A program made the position numbers and the translations under genes. A stretch of DNA of 63,086 bases, counting the filler, from Dehalococcoidia bacterium (GTDB lineage: Bacteria > Chloroflexota > Dehalococcoidia > DSTF01 > JACRBR01), in NCBI GenBank assembly GCA_041494685.1. It is 3 parts of 3 records of this genome, joined end to end, with 100 filler letters (N's around TTAATTAATTAA, not from the genome) between each part and the next. Parts side by side here need not be neighbours in the genome. Positions count along the whole stretch, not along the records: positions 1 to 21,240 come from JBGQBE010000008.1; 2 more parts are not named here. The stretch is one strand, 5' to 3'. Below the pieces are notes generated by a model, which saw only the letters and a program-made list of their open reading frames with translations, did not search any database and was not told the origin of the DNA. Shown in pieces: positions 8,768-17,419 of this stretch (the first letter of the stretch is position 1; every line of letters begins with the position of its first letter).

Positions 8768-9450
8768 TGGAGGCAGACCGCGTGCCTGACCCGCTGCTCG
8801 CCGTCCCCTACTTCTCGGCACTCACCTCCGAGCAGCGGGCCCGCGTGCTGGGCGCGGCGCGGCGGCTGCGGGTGGCCGCCGGCCAGACGCTGTTTGTCGA
8901 GGGCGAACCGTGCGCCGGGCTGTACGTGGTGGTGAGCGGGCTGGTGAAGCTGTTCAAGACGTCCCTCGACGGCAAGGAGCAGGTGCTGCGCCACATGTCG
9001 GCTGGCGACTCGTTCAACGAGGTGCCGGTGTTCGACGGCGGCGTGAACCCGGTGAGCGCGGCGGCCGTCGACGGAAGCGAACTCGTCGTGCTGTCGCGCG
9101 ACGCCATGCTCGGCGTGTTGCGCGAGTATCCGGCCGTCGCGGAGGTGGTGGTGCAGGTGTTCGCGTCCCGGCTGCGGCACCTGGTGGCACTCGTCGAGGA
9201 CCTCTCGTTCCGGCAGGTGACGGCGCGCGTCGCGCGCATCGTCCTGCAGTCGGTGGCGCCGCACGAGGGCGTAGGCGCCGGCGTCGGCGGGCGCGCGCAC
9301 GTCACGCAACGCGAGATCGCCGAGATGGCGGGTACCAGCCGCGAGGTCGTCGCCCGCGCGCTCAAGGCGCTCGAAGAGGCCGGCGCAATCGACGTGCGCC
9401 GCGGCGACATTCACGTCGTCGACGATGCGCGCCTCACCGCGCTTTCCTGA
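8767..9450 (+). CDS. Crp/Fnr family transcriptional regulator
   Basis: LFVEGEP...GLVKLFKTSLDGKEQ effector barrel; TQREIAEMAGTSREVVAR HTH; no FNR-type Cys cluster. ATG at 8767. Confidence 0.93.
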   Translation: MEADRVPDPLLAVPYFSALTSEQRARVLGAARRLRVAAGQTLFVEGEPCAGLYVVVSGLVKLFKTSLDGKEQVLRHMSAGDSFNEVPVFDGGVNPVSAAAVDGSELVVLSRDAMLGVLREYPAVAEVVVQVFASRLRHLVALVEDLSFRQVTARVARIVLQSVAPHEGVGAGVGGRAHVTQREIAEMAGTSREVVARALKALEEAGAIDVRRGDIHVVDDARLTALS

Positions 9451-9453
9451 TCG

Positions 9454-9469
9454 CGTGACTTTAGTTACA
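9454..9469. promoter_or_regulatory. Second Crp/Fnr-type site, upstream of the DUF2249 gene
   Basis: CGTGACTTTAGTTACA (reverse complement TGTAACTAAAGTCACG), an AT-rich patch in GC-rich DNA. Confidence 0.65.
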
Positions 9470-9531
9470 GCGTGGACGGGGGCGTCATGTGATCATGCCA
9501 CGACGAAGCGAGGCTGAACACGGAGGACGGT

Positions 9532-10005
9532 ATGGCCACCGAGACGACGATCGACGTGCGCGGCATGGTGCCCCGCGAACGCCACCCACGCATCTTCGCG
9601 ACATTCGAGAGCATGGCGGCGGGCGACGCGATCCTGCTGATCAACGACCACGACCCGAAGCCGCTCTTCTACCAGTTCCAGGTGGAGCGGCCCGGCCAGA
9701 TCAACTGGGCGCCTCAAGAGCAGGGGCCTGAGCGGTGGGTGATCCGGATCGAGAAGGTCGCGGTTGCGGACGCAGCTCAGCAGGACGCCGTGCTCATCGA
9801 CGTGCGCGATGACATCCGCGCCGGCCGCGAGCCGTTCGGACGTATCATGGAGGCGGTGGGGTCGCTGGGCGACGGCCAGGAACTGCGGCTGATCAACGTG
9901 TTCGAGCCCGTCCCGCTGTACGCGGCGATGGCCGAGCGCGGCTTCGCTCACCAGACAGAGCGGATGCCGGATGGCGACTGGCAGGTGCGTTTCTTCCGCC
10001 AGTAG
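9532..10005 (+). CDS. Tandem DUF2249 domain protein
   Basis: IDVRGMVPRERHPRIF...NDHDPKPL and IDVRDDI...EPF...NVFEPVPLY; RBS GGAGG. Confidence 0.88.
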   Translation: MATETTIDVRGMVPRERHPRIFATFESMAAGDAILLINDHDPKPLFYQFQVERPGQINWAPQEQGPERWVIRIEKVAVADAAQQDAVLIDVRDDIRAGREPFGRIMEAVGSLGDGQELRLINVFEPVPLYAAMAERGFAHQTERMPDGDWQVRFFRQ

Positions 10006-10040
10006 CCCGTTCGACTCGTTTCGCGTCGCGTAGCATCATC

Positions 10041-10526
10041 GTGCTGGTACGCACGAAGCGAAGAGGCAACGTGAGCCGACGCCGACACCGCGAATTAATC
10101 GAGCGGACCTCGGCCGAGCACGAGTCGATCTCCGGCTGCCTCGCAGGGTTCGAATCTGTCCTGGCAACGCCATCTTCGCGCACGGGAGTGACATGGCGCG
10201 GGGGCCTTCAGCGTCATCTGGCGCCGCTCATCGACTGTCTCGCGCAGCATTCCACGTCGTCCGAAGCCACCGGTGGCCTTCTCTCCGAGATCGAAATGAC
10301 GCTGGGACGAAGCCACGAGATCTCCACCGCGCGGAGACTGCACCGGTCGGCTACATCGCAGGCGGCCGGGCTGTTCGAGACCCTTGCCGACGTCGGCACC
10401 GACATGGACCAGGACGACCTGCAAGAGCGCGGGCGCCGGCTGGCATCAGCGATCCGGCGTCACCATGAGCTCGAAGCCGACCTGATACTCATGGTGTTCG
10501 ACCAGGACATCGGCACGGGCGACTGA
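10041..10526 (+). CDS. Divergent hemerythrin-like helical protein
   Basis: AEH...QHSTSSE...LH...HHELEADL spacing; start uncertain (GTG 10041 or 10071). Confidence 0.5.
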   Translation: MLVRTKRRGNVSRRRHRELIERTSAEHESISGCLAGFESVLATPSSRTGVTWRGGLQRHLAPLIDCLAQHSTSSEATGGLLSEIEMTLGRSHEISTARRLHRSATSQAAGLFETLADVGTDMDQDDLQERGRRLASAIRRHHELEADLILMVFDQDIGTGD

Positions 10527-10615
10527 GCGTCCGCTGTAGGAGTGCGGCCGCAACCCTGCGAGAGGCCGATTGGCGTGGGCTTTTCAGTGCCCTTAGGCAG
10601 AAGGAGAGACAAGCA

Positions 10616-11128
10616 GTGACAACGCTGACGCAGCCACTCAGAGACGAACACAAGGAGCTCATCCCGCACATTCAAGCCCTTCGCACGGCCGCGGACTCCG
10701 TCGGCGACGCGACGGCGGACGCGCTCAGAACGGCCGTCGACGCGGCGTACGACTTCCTCGCGCACCACCTGATCCCGCATGCGCAGGCCGAGGAGCGTGC
10801 GCTGTACCCGGTCGTCGGCAGGGTGTTGGGTGCGCCGGAGGCGACAAACACCATGAGCCGTGATCACGTTGAGGTCGGGCGTCTCACCGACGAGCTTGGA
10901 GGACTGCGCGAGAAGATTGGCGCGGCTGCTCCGAGCCCGGCGCAGATCAAGGACCTCCGGCGTGTACTCTACGGGCTCTACGCGCTCGTCACCGTCCACT
11001 TCGCCAAAGAGGAAGAGGTCTATCTGCCGATCCTCGACAAGCGGCTGTCGGCAGGCGAGGCGCAACAGATGTTCGAGGCGATGGAACTGGCGGCGGTCGA
11101 GGCCAAGGCCCATGCCGGCGCGCACTGA
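10616..11128 (+). CDS. Hemerythrin (HHE) domain protein
   Basis: DEH, HAQAEERALYP, MSRDH and HFAKEEEVYLP; RBS AAGGAG. Confidence 0.9.
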   Translation: MTTLTQPLRDEHKELIPHIQALRTAADSVGDATADALRTAVDAAYDFLAHHLIPHAQAEERALYPVVGRVLGAPEATNTMSRDHVEVGRLTDELGGLREKIGAAAPSPAQIKDLRRVLYGLYALVTVHFAKEEEVYLPILDKRLSAGEAQQMFEAMELAAVEAKAHAGAH

Positions 11129-11194
11129 GGCATCCGCCGGACTCTGCAATGCCGGCGACTACACGGGCGAAGGCCCTGAGAGGAGAAAGTTGAT

Positions 11195-11572
11195 ATGGCG
11201 ACGGCGAAGCACACGTACGTGCGCACCCATGCGATCAGCGGAGAGGTGCTGACGTTCGACCTTAAGGCCGATGCGGATGATCTGCTCCAGCGGGCGCGGG
11301 CCGGGAAGGCTGGGCGAGCTGCGAAGACGCTTGTCAAAGAGGGGCCGCTCCGGATAGCCCTGGTCGCCCTGAGGAAGGGCGTCTCGTTGAAAGAGCACGA
11401 AGTTGCAGGCGCCGTCAGCGTGCAGGTCTTGCGCGGGAGGCTGGGCCTACAGGCCGCCGCGCGACAGCTTGATCTGCGATCGGCACAGCTCGTTGTGCTC
11501 GACGCCAGCGTCAGGCACGTAGCGACAGCCGTAAGCGACTGTACGATGCTCATCTCGATGTCTATCGACTGA
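11195..11572 (+). CDS. Cupin domain protein
   Basis: AKTLVKEGPLRI...LKEHEVAGAVSVQVLRG...VRHVATA. Confidence 0.8.
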   Translation: MATAKHTYVRTHAISGEVLTFDLKADADDLLQRARAGKAGRAAKTLVKEGPLRIALVALRKGVSLKEHEVAGAVSVQVLRGRLGLQAAARQLDLRSAQLVVLDASVRHVATAVSDCTMLISMSID

Positions 11573-11806
11573 GTATTGCGTACGCCGCCTGAACGCCCGA
11601 TTTCATCGGCGCCCATCCCGGTTCTAAATCCGCTCGGTGGAGGCGCTCGCTCTGGCTGAACGGATTGTCGTGCTGTCGATCCGTCGGCCGGGGTGGTGAC
11701 TCCCGGGAGGTCAAGGTTTCGCCTGTTTCACCGACCGCGCTCCAACGAGTTCCGCGACCGTCGCGCTTCATCTCGGTTCGCTTCGTTCTGTCCTCGCCGC
11801 GTCGCT

Positions 11807-12298
11807 TCATGCGGGATCGATCCGGTACACGGGATAGCGTTCCGCAATCGCCTCGAACGCGGACAGCGGCGCGCCGACGGGAAGCGGGAAGTGCTGGCGG
11901 CCGCTCGTCGCGATCCGGACGTACTCGCGGAGAATGGGCGCCCGTTCCGCCGGGAGCACCGGTACGAGATGCACGTGGCGTCGGCGTCCCTGGCGGATGA
12001 CGGCGTCGCCTTGCGCGGCCTTGACGTTCTTCACCCACTCAGACTGCGGGCCGAGCATCGATACCAGGTAGCGTTCGCCCTCCACGCTGGCGATCACAAC
12101 GACTTGCGAGCGCCGCCGACCGGATGCGCGGCCACGGACTTCGAGCGCGGCCTGGAGGCGCGGCGGCAGTCCGAGGCCGGACCACCAGCACTGAAACCGG
12201 TTGACCCAGCGGCCCAAGCGCGTCGGGCGCCAGTCGCGGTAGAACAGCCGCATCACTGCGCTGCGCTCCGCCGGATCGGTATGCGCTGAGTTGCTCAT
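11807..12298 (-). CDS. Deazaflavin(F420)-dependent nitroreductase family protein (DUF385-like)
   Basis: LEVRGRASGRRR...SEWVKNVKAA...YPVYRI; start set at the MSNSAH ATG. Confidence 0.8.
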   Translation of the reverse strand: MSNSAHTDPAERSAVMRLFYRDWRPTRLGRWVNRFQCWWSGLGLPPRLQAALEVRGRASGRRRSQVVVIASVEGERYLVSMLGPQSEWVKNVKAAQGDAVIRQGRRRHVHLVPVLPAERAPILREYVRIATSGRQHFPLPVGAPLSAFEAIAERYPVYRIDPA

Positions 12299-12448
12299 CG
12301 GTGCGGTACTCCTCACTCTCCGCAGACGCTGAGGAGCGGCGACCCGGCGGCGATTCAGACAGCCGGGCGGGCATGGCATGTCGCCCTCCGTCATGCTGCC
12401 ACCCCGTAAGGCCGGGTGCAACCGGGTGACACACGCACCGACACCCCC

Positions 12449-12572
12449 CGGGGCGAGTTCGCGATAAAGGGCGTCGACGACGCCGTGCGGCTGTACGAGG
12501 TGCGGTGGCCGGAGCAGGAACCCGCGTCGAGGGCGTCGTGCTGGGGTCAGACACCGCTTGTGCGAAGCTAGA
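12449..12572 (+). pseudogene. C-terminal remnant resembling an adenylate/guanylate cyclase domain
   Basis: Translates to RGEFAIKGVDDAVRLYEVRW, like the class III cyclase terminal KG motif; no upstream gene body. Confidence 0.55.
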
Positions 12573-12574
12573 GC

Positions 12575-12629
12575 GGTGCCGAAGGTGGGAGTCGAACCCA
12601 CATGACCGTTGCCGGCCAAGGTTCTTGAG
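12575..12629 (-). pseudogene. 3' half of tRNA-Leu(CAA), att-site duplicate
   Basis: Minus strand: CTCAAGA loop, ACCTT, variable arm GGCCG-GCAA-CGGTC, T arm GTGGG-TTCGACT-CCCAC, then CTTCGGC-A-CC. The 5' half is absent. Confidence 0.85.
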
Positions 12630-12682
12630 GTCGTGCCGTTTCGTACATCGCCGTCCCGTTTGGCGATCAATCGCGCGAGCCG

Positions 12683-12878
12683 CTACACCCCGATGGCGGC
12701 GGCCACCTTCCCCCAGCTCGCGTCGGCCTCACCCTCCAGCCGCCTGAGGTAGATCGACGTGACCTGTAGCGAGGAGTGATCGAGAAGCGGCTGACGTTCT
12801 CGATGCTCTCACCCGCGTCTCGCTGGAGCTTCGCAGCCGAGTGGCGGAAGATATGGATGCCGGCGAGGGGCAGCCCGG
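12683..12878 (-). pseudogene. C-terminal remnant of a tyrosine integrase, paralogous to 15554-16480
   Basis: Aligns by eye with about 15554-15750 (HIFRHSAAK...SLQVTSIYLRRLEGEAD), with a 1-bp deletion near 12780. Confidence 0.88.
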
Positions 12879-13084
12879 AAGTTGGGCGATACCAGTTGCG
12901 TCGATAGTGACCTTGTCAACGCGCTTAGGGCATGCAACGAGAATTCACTCAAGAGAGCGGCAAGACTCTTGGTCGCGTCGATCGCGAACGCGCGTGAGCT
13001 GCCACGCGGTCTCTCGGACTCGGCACGCACGACGATCCTAACCCGACAGGTCGTGCGTCAGTATGCGAATGCACTAGGCGCCTA

Positions 13085-13113
13085 TTGACGGGTCTCTCTG
13101 ATGAGCGTATTGT
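13085..13113 (+). promoter_or_regulatory. Sigma70-like promoter
   Basis: TTGACG, 17 bp spacer, TATTGT, upstream of the 13182 gene. Confidence 0.55.
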
Positions 13114-13181
13114 AGCGTTGCCCTTCGCAACTGCGTATGGGTCTCTGCTAGATCGTCAGGATGACCAGAAAGGAGCGGTAC

Positions 13182-15317
13182 ATGGCGTCCCCACGTATCT
13201 CAACGCTCGTGCGAAGGCCGGGACTGGCGGTGGCGTTGCCTCTGCTGATCGTCGCGATCGCGCTCGCGGCGGTCGGGCGACTTCAAACGGCCCTCGCGAC
13301 GACCGGCGGCCCCACGCTCCAGATGTCCGGCCCTTCCGTCGTCGATGCCAATGCGTCCTTCGACATCTCGTTCGCGACGGCTGGCTCGACCACCAACGCT
13401 TACGCCGGCTACCAAGTGGCCTTCCAGTATGACACCTCGAAGGTGCAACTTAACGTCAACGGCCCGGCCGATGACTCACGTCCAGGTCTGTGGCTCAACC
13501 GCTCCTGCACGTCGAGCTGGGATAGCCCGGCCGACCCGAACCAGGCGACGAAGACCGCCACGTTGAGCTGCCTCGCGCCCCCGGCGCAGGCGACGCTCAG
13601 CGTAGGCGCGCTCGCCCACGCTCACTTCACCGCCGTCGGCGCGGGCCTGGCGACGTTCCACGTCCTGACCAGTGGCACCTCCACGCTCGACGCGAACGGT
13701 GCGCCGCAGACGAACCCCACGCCGGGCGACGTCACCGTCGACGTCGCGCCGACGGACCTCTCGATGTCGGTCACGCCAAGTACTGTCGCGGCGACCGGCG
13801 ACACGCAGTACTTCTACCTCCAGGTAACCAACCTCTCGCCGACCAGACAAGGCACGGGCGTCGTCGTGAGCGACACGGTCCCTGCCGCCTTCCCGCTGGC
13901 ACAGCACCCGTTCTTCCTCTCCGGGGCCTCGGGCTGCGCGGCGCAGGGCCAGGTGATCACCTGCAACGTCGGCACGATCGCGGGCGGCGGCACGTATACG
14001 GTCGGCGTCATCACCACTGCGCAGTGGAGTGGGATTCCGTCCGCGCAGGACTGCGCGTCCGTCACACTCAACGAACACGACCTGCATCCAGAGAACAACA
14101 CGTCCTGCGCAACCGTACTGAACAAAGACGGTCCATCGATCAACGTGAGCACCAGTCGGCTGGGACTCAACAGCTACCGACTGACGTTCGCGACGGCGGG
14201 TACGAGCCCGAACGCCTACAACATCTACAAGGTGACCGTGGTCTACGACTCCAGCCGTGTCACCATCAACAACATCAGTGCGCCGCCATTCGCCCAGGCT
14301 CTCTGGGGAAACGCCTTATGCGATACGCCCGAGATGACGAGTACCGTCGGAGGAACGCTCGCGCCGCCGATGAAGGCCTTCGCGTTCGACTGCGCGTCGA
14401 ATGGCGCGCCGGCCACGACAAACGTGGGGACGATCGGGACCGTCGACGTCCAGATCGCCGACGGCCTGCCGGCCGCATTCCACATGTTGAGCTATGGCCC
14501 ACCCGACAATGGAGCCGGGGTTGGCAGTTATCCGGTCGGATACGGTACATACACGATGTTCGCGGGCGGACCCCAGGCGAATCCTCTCACGTGCGGCGGG
14601 TCCTGCGGAGTGCTGCAGGGCTACGCGACGCAGCCGTGGGACGCCCTCGTGAACTACCCGTCGCCGAACCTGTCGCTCATCGTCTATGGTAACCACTCGC
14701 CCATCGTTGTCGGAGCCGTGGAGAATTTCTCGCTTACGGTCCGCAATCCCTCGACCACGGTTGACGCAACGGGGGTGAATCTCACGGCGACGCTCTCGTC
14801 CGCCTACGATGGACCGCATAGCCGGATAGCCGGAGCAAACGCACCGCAGTGTTCGCTTTCGGGACAGCTTGTGTCCTGCAACAACTTCACGATCGCTCCG
14901 GGAGCGGCGTTCTCGATCGTCGTTCAAGCCCTTGCGGCGCAGTTGACGCCCGCAGCCGACATGCCGGTCTCGCTCACTTGGAATTACTACCAGCCCCCGA
15001 ACACGACGAATACACTCAGCGCACTCGGCCGGGTATCGGTAGAGGTCGATTCATCGGGAGATGGCTACGCGGACTCCGAGAAGATCGCGATGGGTAAGAA
15101 CCCGGCCACCTACTGTGCGATCAGACGCGCCGACGTGAACTACGATGGCGTCGTCGACATCAATGATCTCAACGCCGTAAGCGCGTACTACCAGCAGAAC
15201 ATTCCGCCGGCTCCGCCTCGCTACGACCAGAACGGAGACGGGCGCATCAACCTAACAGATATCGCCATCATGTCGTCGTCGAACGTCTTAAGTCACAGCG
15301 TGACCGAATGTCCCTAA
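13182..15317 (+). CDS. Secreted protein: two (cohesin-like + DUF11-like) units and a dockerin-like tail
   Basis: Signal peptide; YAGYQVAFQYDTSKV...GALAHAHF; DLSMS...GVVVSDTVP...ENNTS; tail RADVNYDGVVDINDL...DQNGDGRINLTDI...CP. RBS AGGAG precedes ATG 13182. Confidence 0.8.
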   Translation: MASPRISTLVRRPGLAVALPLLIVAIALAAVGRLQTALATTGGPTLQMSGPSVVDANASFDISFATAGSTTNAYAGYQVAFQYDTSKVQLNVNGPADDSRPGLWLNRSCTSSWDSPADPNQATKTATLSCLAPPAQATLSVGALAHAHFTAVGAGLATFHVLTSGTSTLDANGAPQTNPTPGDVTVDVAPTDLSMSVTPSTVAATGDTQYFYLQVTNLSPTRQGTGVVVSDTVPAAFPLAQHPFFLSGASGCAAQGQVITCNVGTIAGGGTYTVGVITTAQWSGIPSAQDCASVTLNEHDLHPENNTSCATVLNKDGPSINVSTSRLGLNSYRLTFATAGTSPNAYNIYKVTVVYDSSRVTINNISAPPFAQALWGNALCDTPEMTSTVGGTLAPPMKAFAFDCASNGAPATTNVGTIGTVDVQIADGLPAAFHMLSYGPPDNGAGVGSYPVGYGTYTMFAGGPQANPLTCGGSCGVLQGYATQPWDALVNYPSPNLSLIVYGNHSPIVVGAVENFSLTVRNPSTTVDATGVNLTATLSSAYDGPHSRIAGANAPQCSLSGQLVSCNNFTIAPGAAFSIVVQALAAQLTPAADMPVSLTWNYYQPPNTTNTLSALGRVSVEVDSSGDGYADSEKIAMGKNPATYCAIRRADVNYDGVVDINDLNAVSAYYQQNIPPAPPRYDQNGDGRINLTDIAIMSSSNVLSHSVTECP

Positions 15318-15553
15318 TTCCATAGACAGTTCGGAACGGGTGGGCGAGAAGCGGCCCGTCCACCCGCTCCGGCCAGACGCGAGCCGCAGGCGGTGGTCCA
15401 TAAACGAGGAGGAATCGCGGTGCTGGCACTTTTGACTGAGGCGTTCCTAGAACCGCTACCGGGCGGGTCGTGCACGTGCGAGCAATGCCTTGGAACAGCG
15501 CCAGTTGTGGCCGGGAAGACAAGATGTGTGCAGAGTGGCTCCCCGCGCCGCGG

Positions 15554-16480
15554 CTACACGCCGATCGCCGCGGCCACCTTCCCCCAGCTCCCGTCGGCCT
15601 CGCCCTCCAGCCTCCGGAGGTAGATCGACGTGACCTGTAGCGACGAATGGCCGGGGAAGCGGCTGACGCTCTCGATGCTCTCCCCGGCGTCTCGCCGGAG
15701 CTTGGCAGCCGAGTGGCGGAAGATGTGCACGCCAGCGAGCGGCAGGTTCCCCGCCTTCAGGTAGCGGCGCAGGTTCCCGTAGAACGTCCCCGACGTGACG
15801 CCCCTGTCGCCCGCGCTGGACGGCCGCAGCGAAGCCTCCGGGGGCATGGCCGCGATGTCCCGCCCGAAGGCCGCCAGGGCCGCCGTGAGCGCCACGTACG
15901 CGGGCTGTGGCAGCTCGCGCTTCCCCTGCTTGTTCCCCTTGCCGCGGTAGCGGTACCAGACGTGGTCATCCTCCGTGGTGAGGTCGCCTGCCGTCATGTT
16001 CAGCACTTCGGTGCGGCGCCGCCCGGTGAGCGTCAGCGTCAGGATGATCGCGCGGTCCCGCAGCCCGACCGGCGTCTCGGGGATCACGGCGAGCAGCTTG
16101 CGGATGTCGTCGGCGGTGAGGCCGCGCGGCGGCGCCACCTGGACACGCGGGCGTTCGAGCGCGTCGCAGGGGTTGGACGAGACGACGTCCATGCGGATCA
16201 GGAAGCGGTAGAAGCTGCTGAGGCAGGCAAGCCGGGCGCCGATCGTGACCGACGACGGCTGCTTACCGGAGAGCCCGACGCCGTACCCCCAGGCGAAGAC
16301 CTCGGGGCTGGTAACCCGGTCGGGCGGCTTGCCGACGGTGGCGAAGAAGTGCTGCAGCATGCGGCTGTAGCCTTCGACGGTGCGACGGCTACCGGAGCGG
16401 CGCTCCTTCTCCGCGAGGAACGCGTAGAGGCTGCGTTCCCAGCCCTCGGCCGTGTTGTCGAACGTGGCGATCGTCTGCAT
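15554..16480 (-). CDS. Tyrosine recombinase/integrase
   Basis: RDRAII...TGRRRTE, HIFRHS and GHSS...TSIY catalytic set; N-terminal SAM-like domain; RBS GGAGG. Confidence 0.95.
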   Translation of the reverse strand: MQTIATFDNTAEGWERSLYAFLAEKERRSGSRRTVEGYSRMLQHFFATVGKPPDRVTSPEVFAWGYGVGLSGKQPSSVTIGARLACLSSFYRFLIRMDVVSSNPCDALERPRVQVAPPRGLTADDIRKLLAVIPETPVGLRDRAIILTLTLTGRRRTEVLNMTAGDLTTEDDHVWYRYRGKGNKQGKRELPQPAYVALTAALAAFGRDIAAMPPEASLRPSSAGDRGVTSGTFYGNLRRYLKAGNLPLAGVHIFRHSAAKLRRDAGESIESVSRFPGHSSLQVTSIYLRRLEGEADGSWGKVAAAIGV

Positions 16481-16590
16481 GGTGACGCCCCCTCCTGGAA
16501 GGGCGTCACCATATTCGCTCTCACGCGGACACTATCAAGTCCGCCAGCGCGTGACGATGGTATCCTGCTTTCGCTGGAGGCGAGGAACAC

Positions 16591-16842
16591 GTGAGCGGAC
16601 GCAGACGATCCAAGCCGGTGGGCATCGCTCCAGGTAGCCGCATCACGCTGCGACAAGGAGCCTTTGACACTTCACGGCAGCCGCACCTCCACGCTCATGC
16701 GCTGCACGGCGACCTGGGCACCGTCGTCGAAGTGCCCCGCGCCGCTTGGCCTGGCTGGCTTCATGTCAGGTTCGACGATTGCCCAACGGTCCATCGACTG
16801 GCGGAAAACGAGGTCTCATTGAATCGGCGCTCAAAGACGTAG
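16591..16842 (+). CDS. Small hypothetical protein, possibly SH3/KOW-like
   Basis: GTG start after GAGG; GDLGTVVEV...WLHVRFD pattern. Confidence 0.45.
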   Translation: MSGRRRSKPVGIAPGSRITLRQGAFDTSRQPHLHAHALHGDLGTVVEVPRAAWPGWLHVRFDDCPTVHRLAENEVSLNRRSKT

Positions 16843-16951
16843 CACTCGTCCTGGCTGCGCCGTCGCCCGACGCGCGCACCATATTCGCGTTGTGTGCGAC
16901 GAAGTCAAGCTAGCGAGCGAGTGCCTTCTCGACTAGACTCCCGGTTGTCGG

Positions 16952-17419
16952 ATGGCGCTGGGCCTAGTTCTTGTGCGCTCGGAAGCTCAAATGGAGACGG
17001 CAACCCTAACCATTCTCGGTGGCGTCAGCATCTACGTGATCGGGCAACTGGTCACGAAGCTTTTCATTGAGCCCGTCCATGAGTTGCGGCTCCACATAGG
17101 GCGAGTCGCGGCTGGGCTCGTGTATTGGGCTCACATCTACTACAGCCCGGCCTCGAGCCATCCCGAGTTTCGTGATCGACAACTTGACGCCAGCGACGCG
17201 CTAAGGACTCTCGCCGGGGAGCTTGCGGCGCGGGGCCAGGCGATCGTTTGGTACCCGCCCTTTGCGTGGACGAGACTCATCCCGACATTGGAGGGGCTCA
17301 GGGAAGCGCGACAAGCCTTGATTGCATTGTCCAGCTCATCGTCGGACGCGCGGGTGACTGAGATCGACGAACTCCGGCGAGAAGTGGAGACGGGACTTCG
17401 ACTGCGGCGGAATTTCTGA
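16952..17419 (+). CDS. Hypothetical protein with N-terminal TM helix
   Basis: TILGGVSIYVIGQLVTKLFIEP followed by a helical region; the start may be ATG 16991. Confidence 0.65.
   Translation: MALGLVLVRSEAQMETATLTILGGVSIYVIGQLVTKLFIEPVHELRLHIGRVAAGLVYWAHIYYSPASSHPEFRDRQLDASDALRTLAGELAARGQAIVWYPPFAWTRLIPTLEGLREARQALIALSSSSSDARVTEIDELRREVETGLRLRRNF

Noticed and set aside
12575..12629. Intact tRNA-Leu gene
   Set aside because: The D arm and the 5' acceptor and anticodon strands are missing; only the 3' half is present.
15535..15546. TGGCTCCCCG as a tRNA 3' end next to the integrase stop
   Set aside because: Only about 10 bp with no T arm; indistinguishable from chance.
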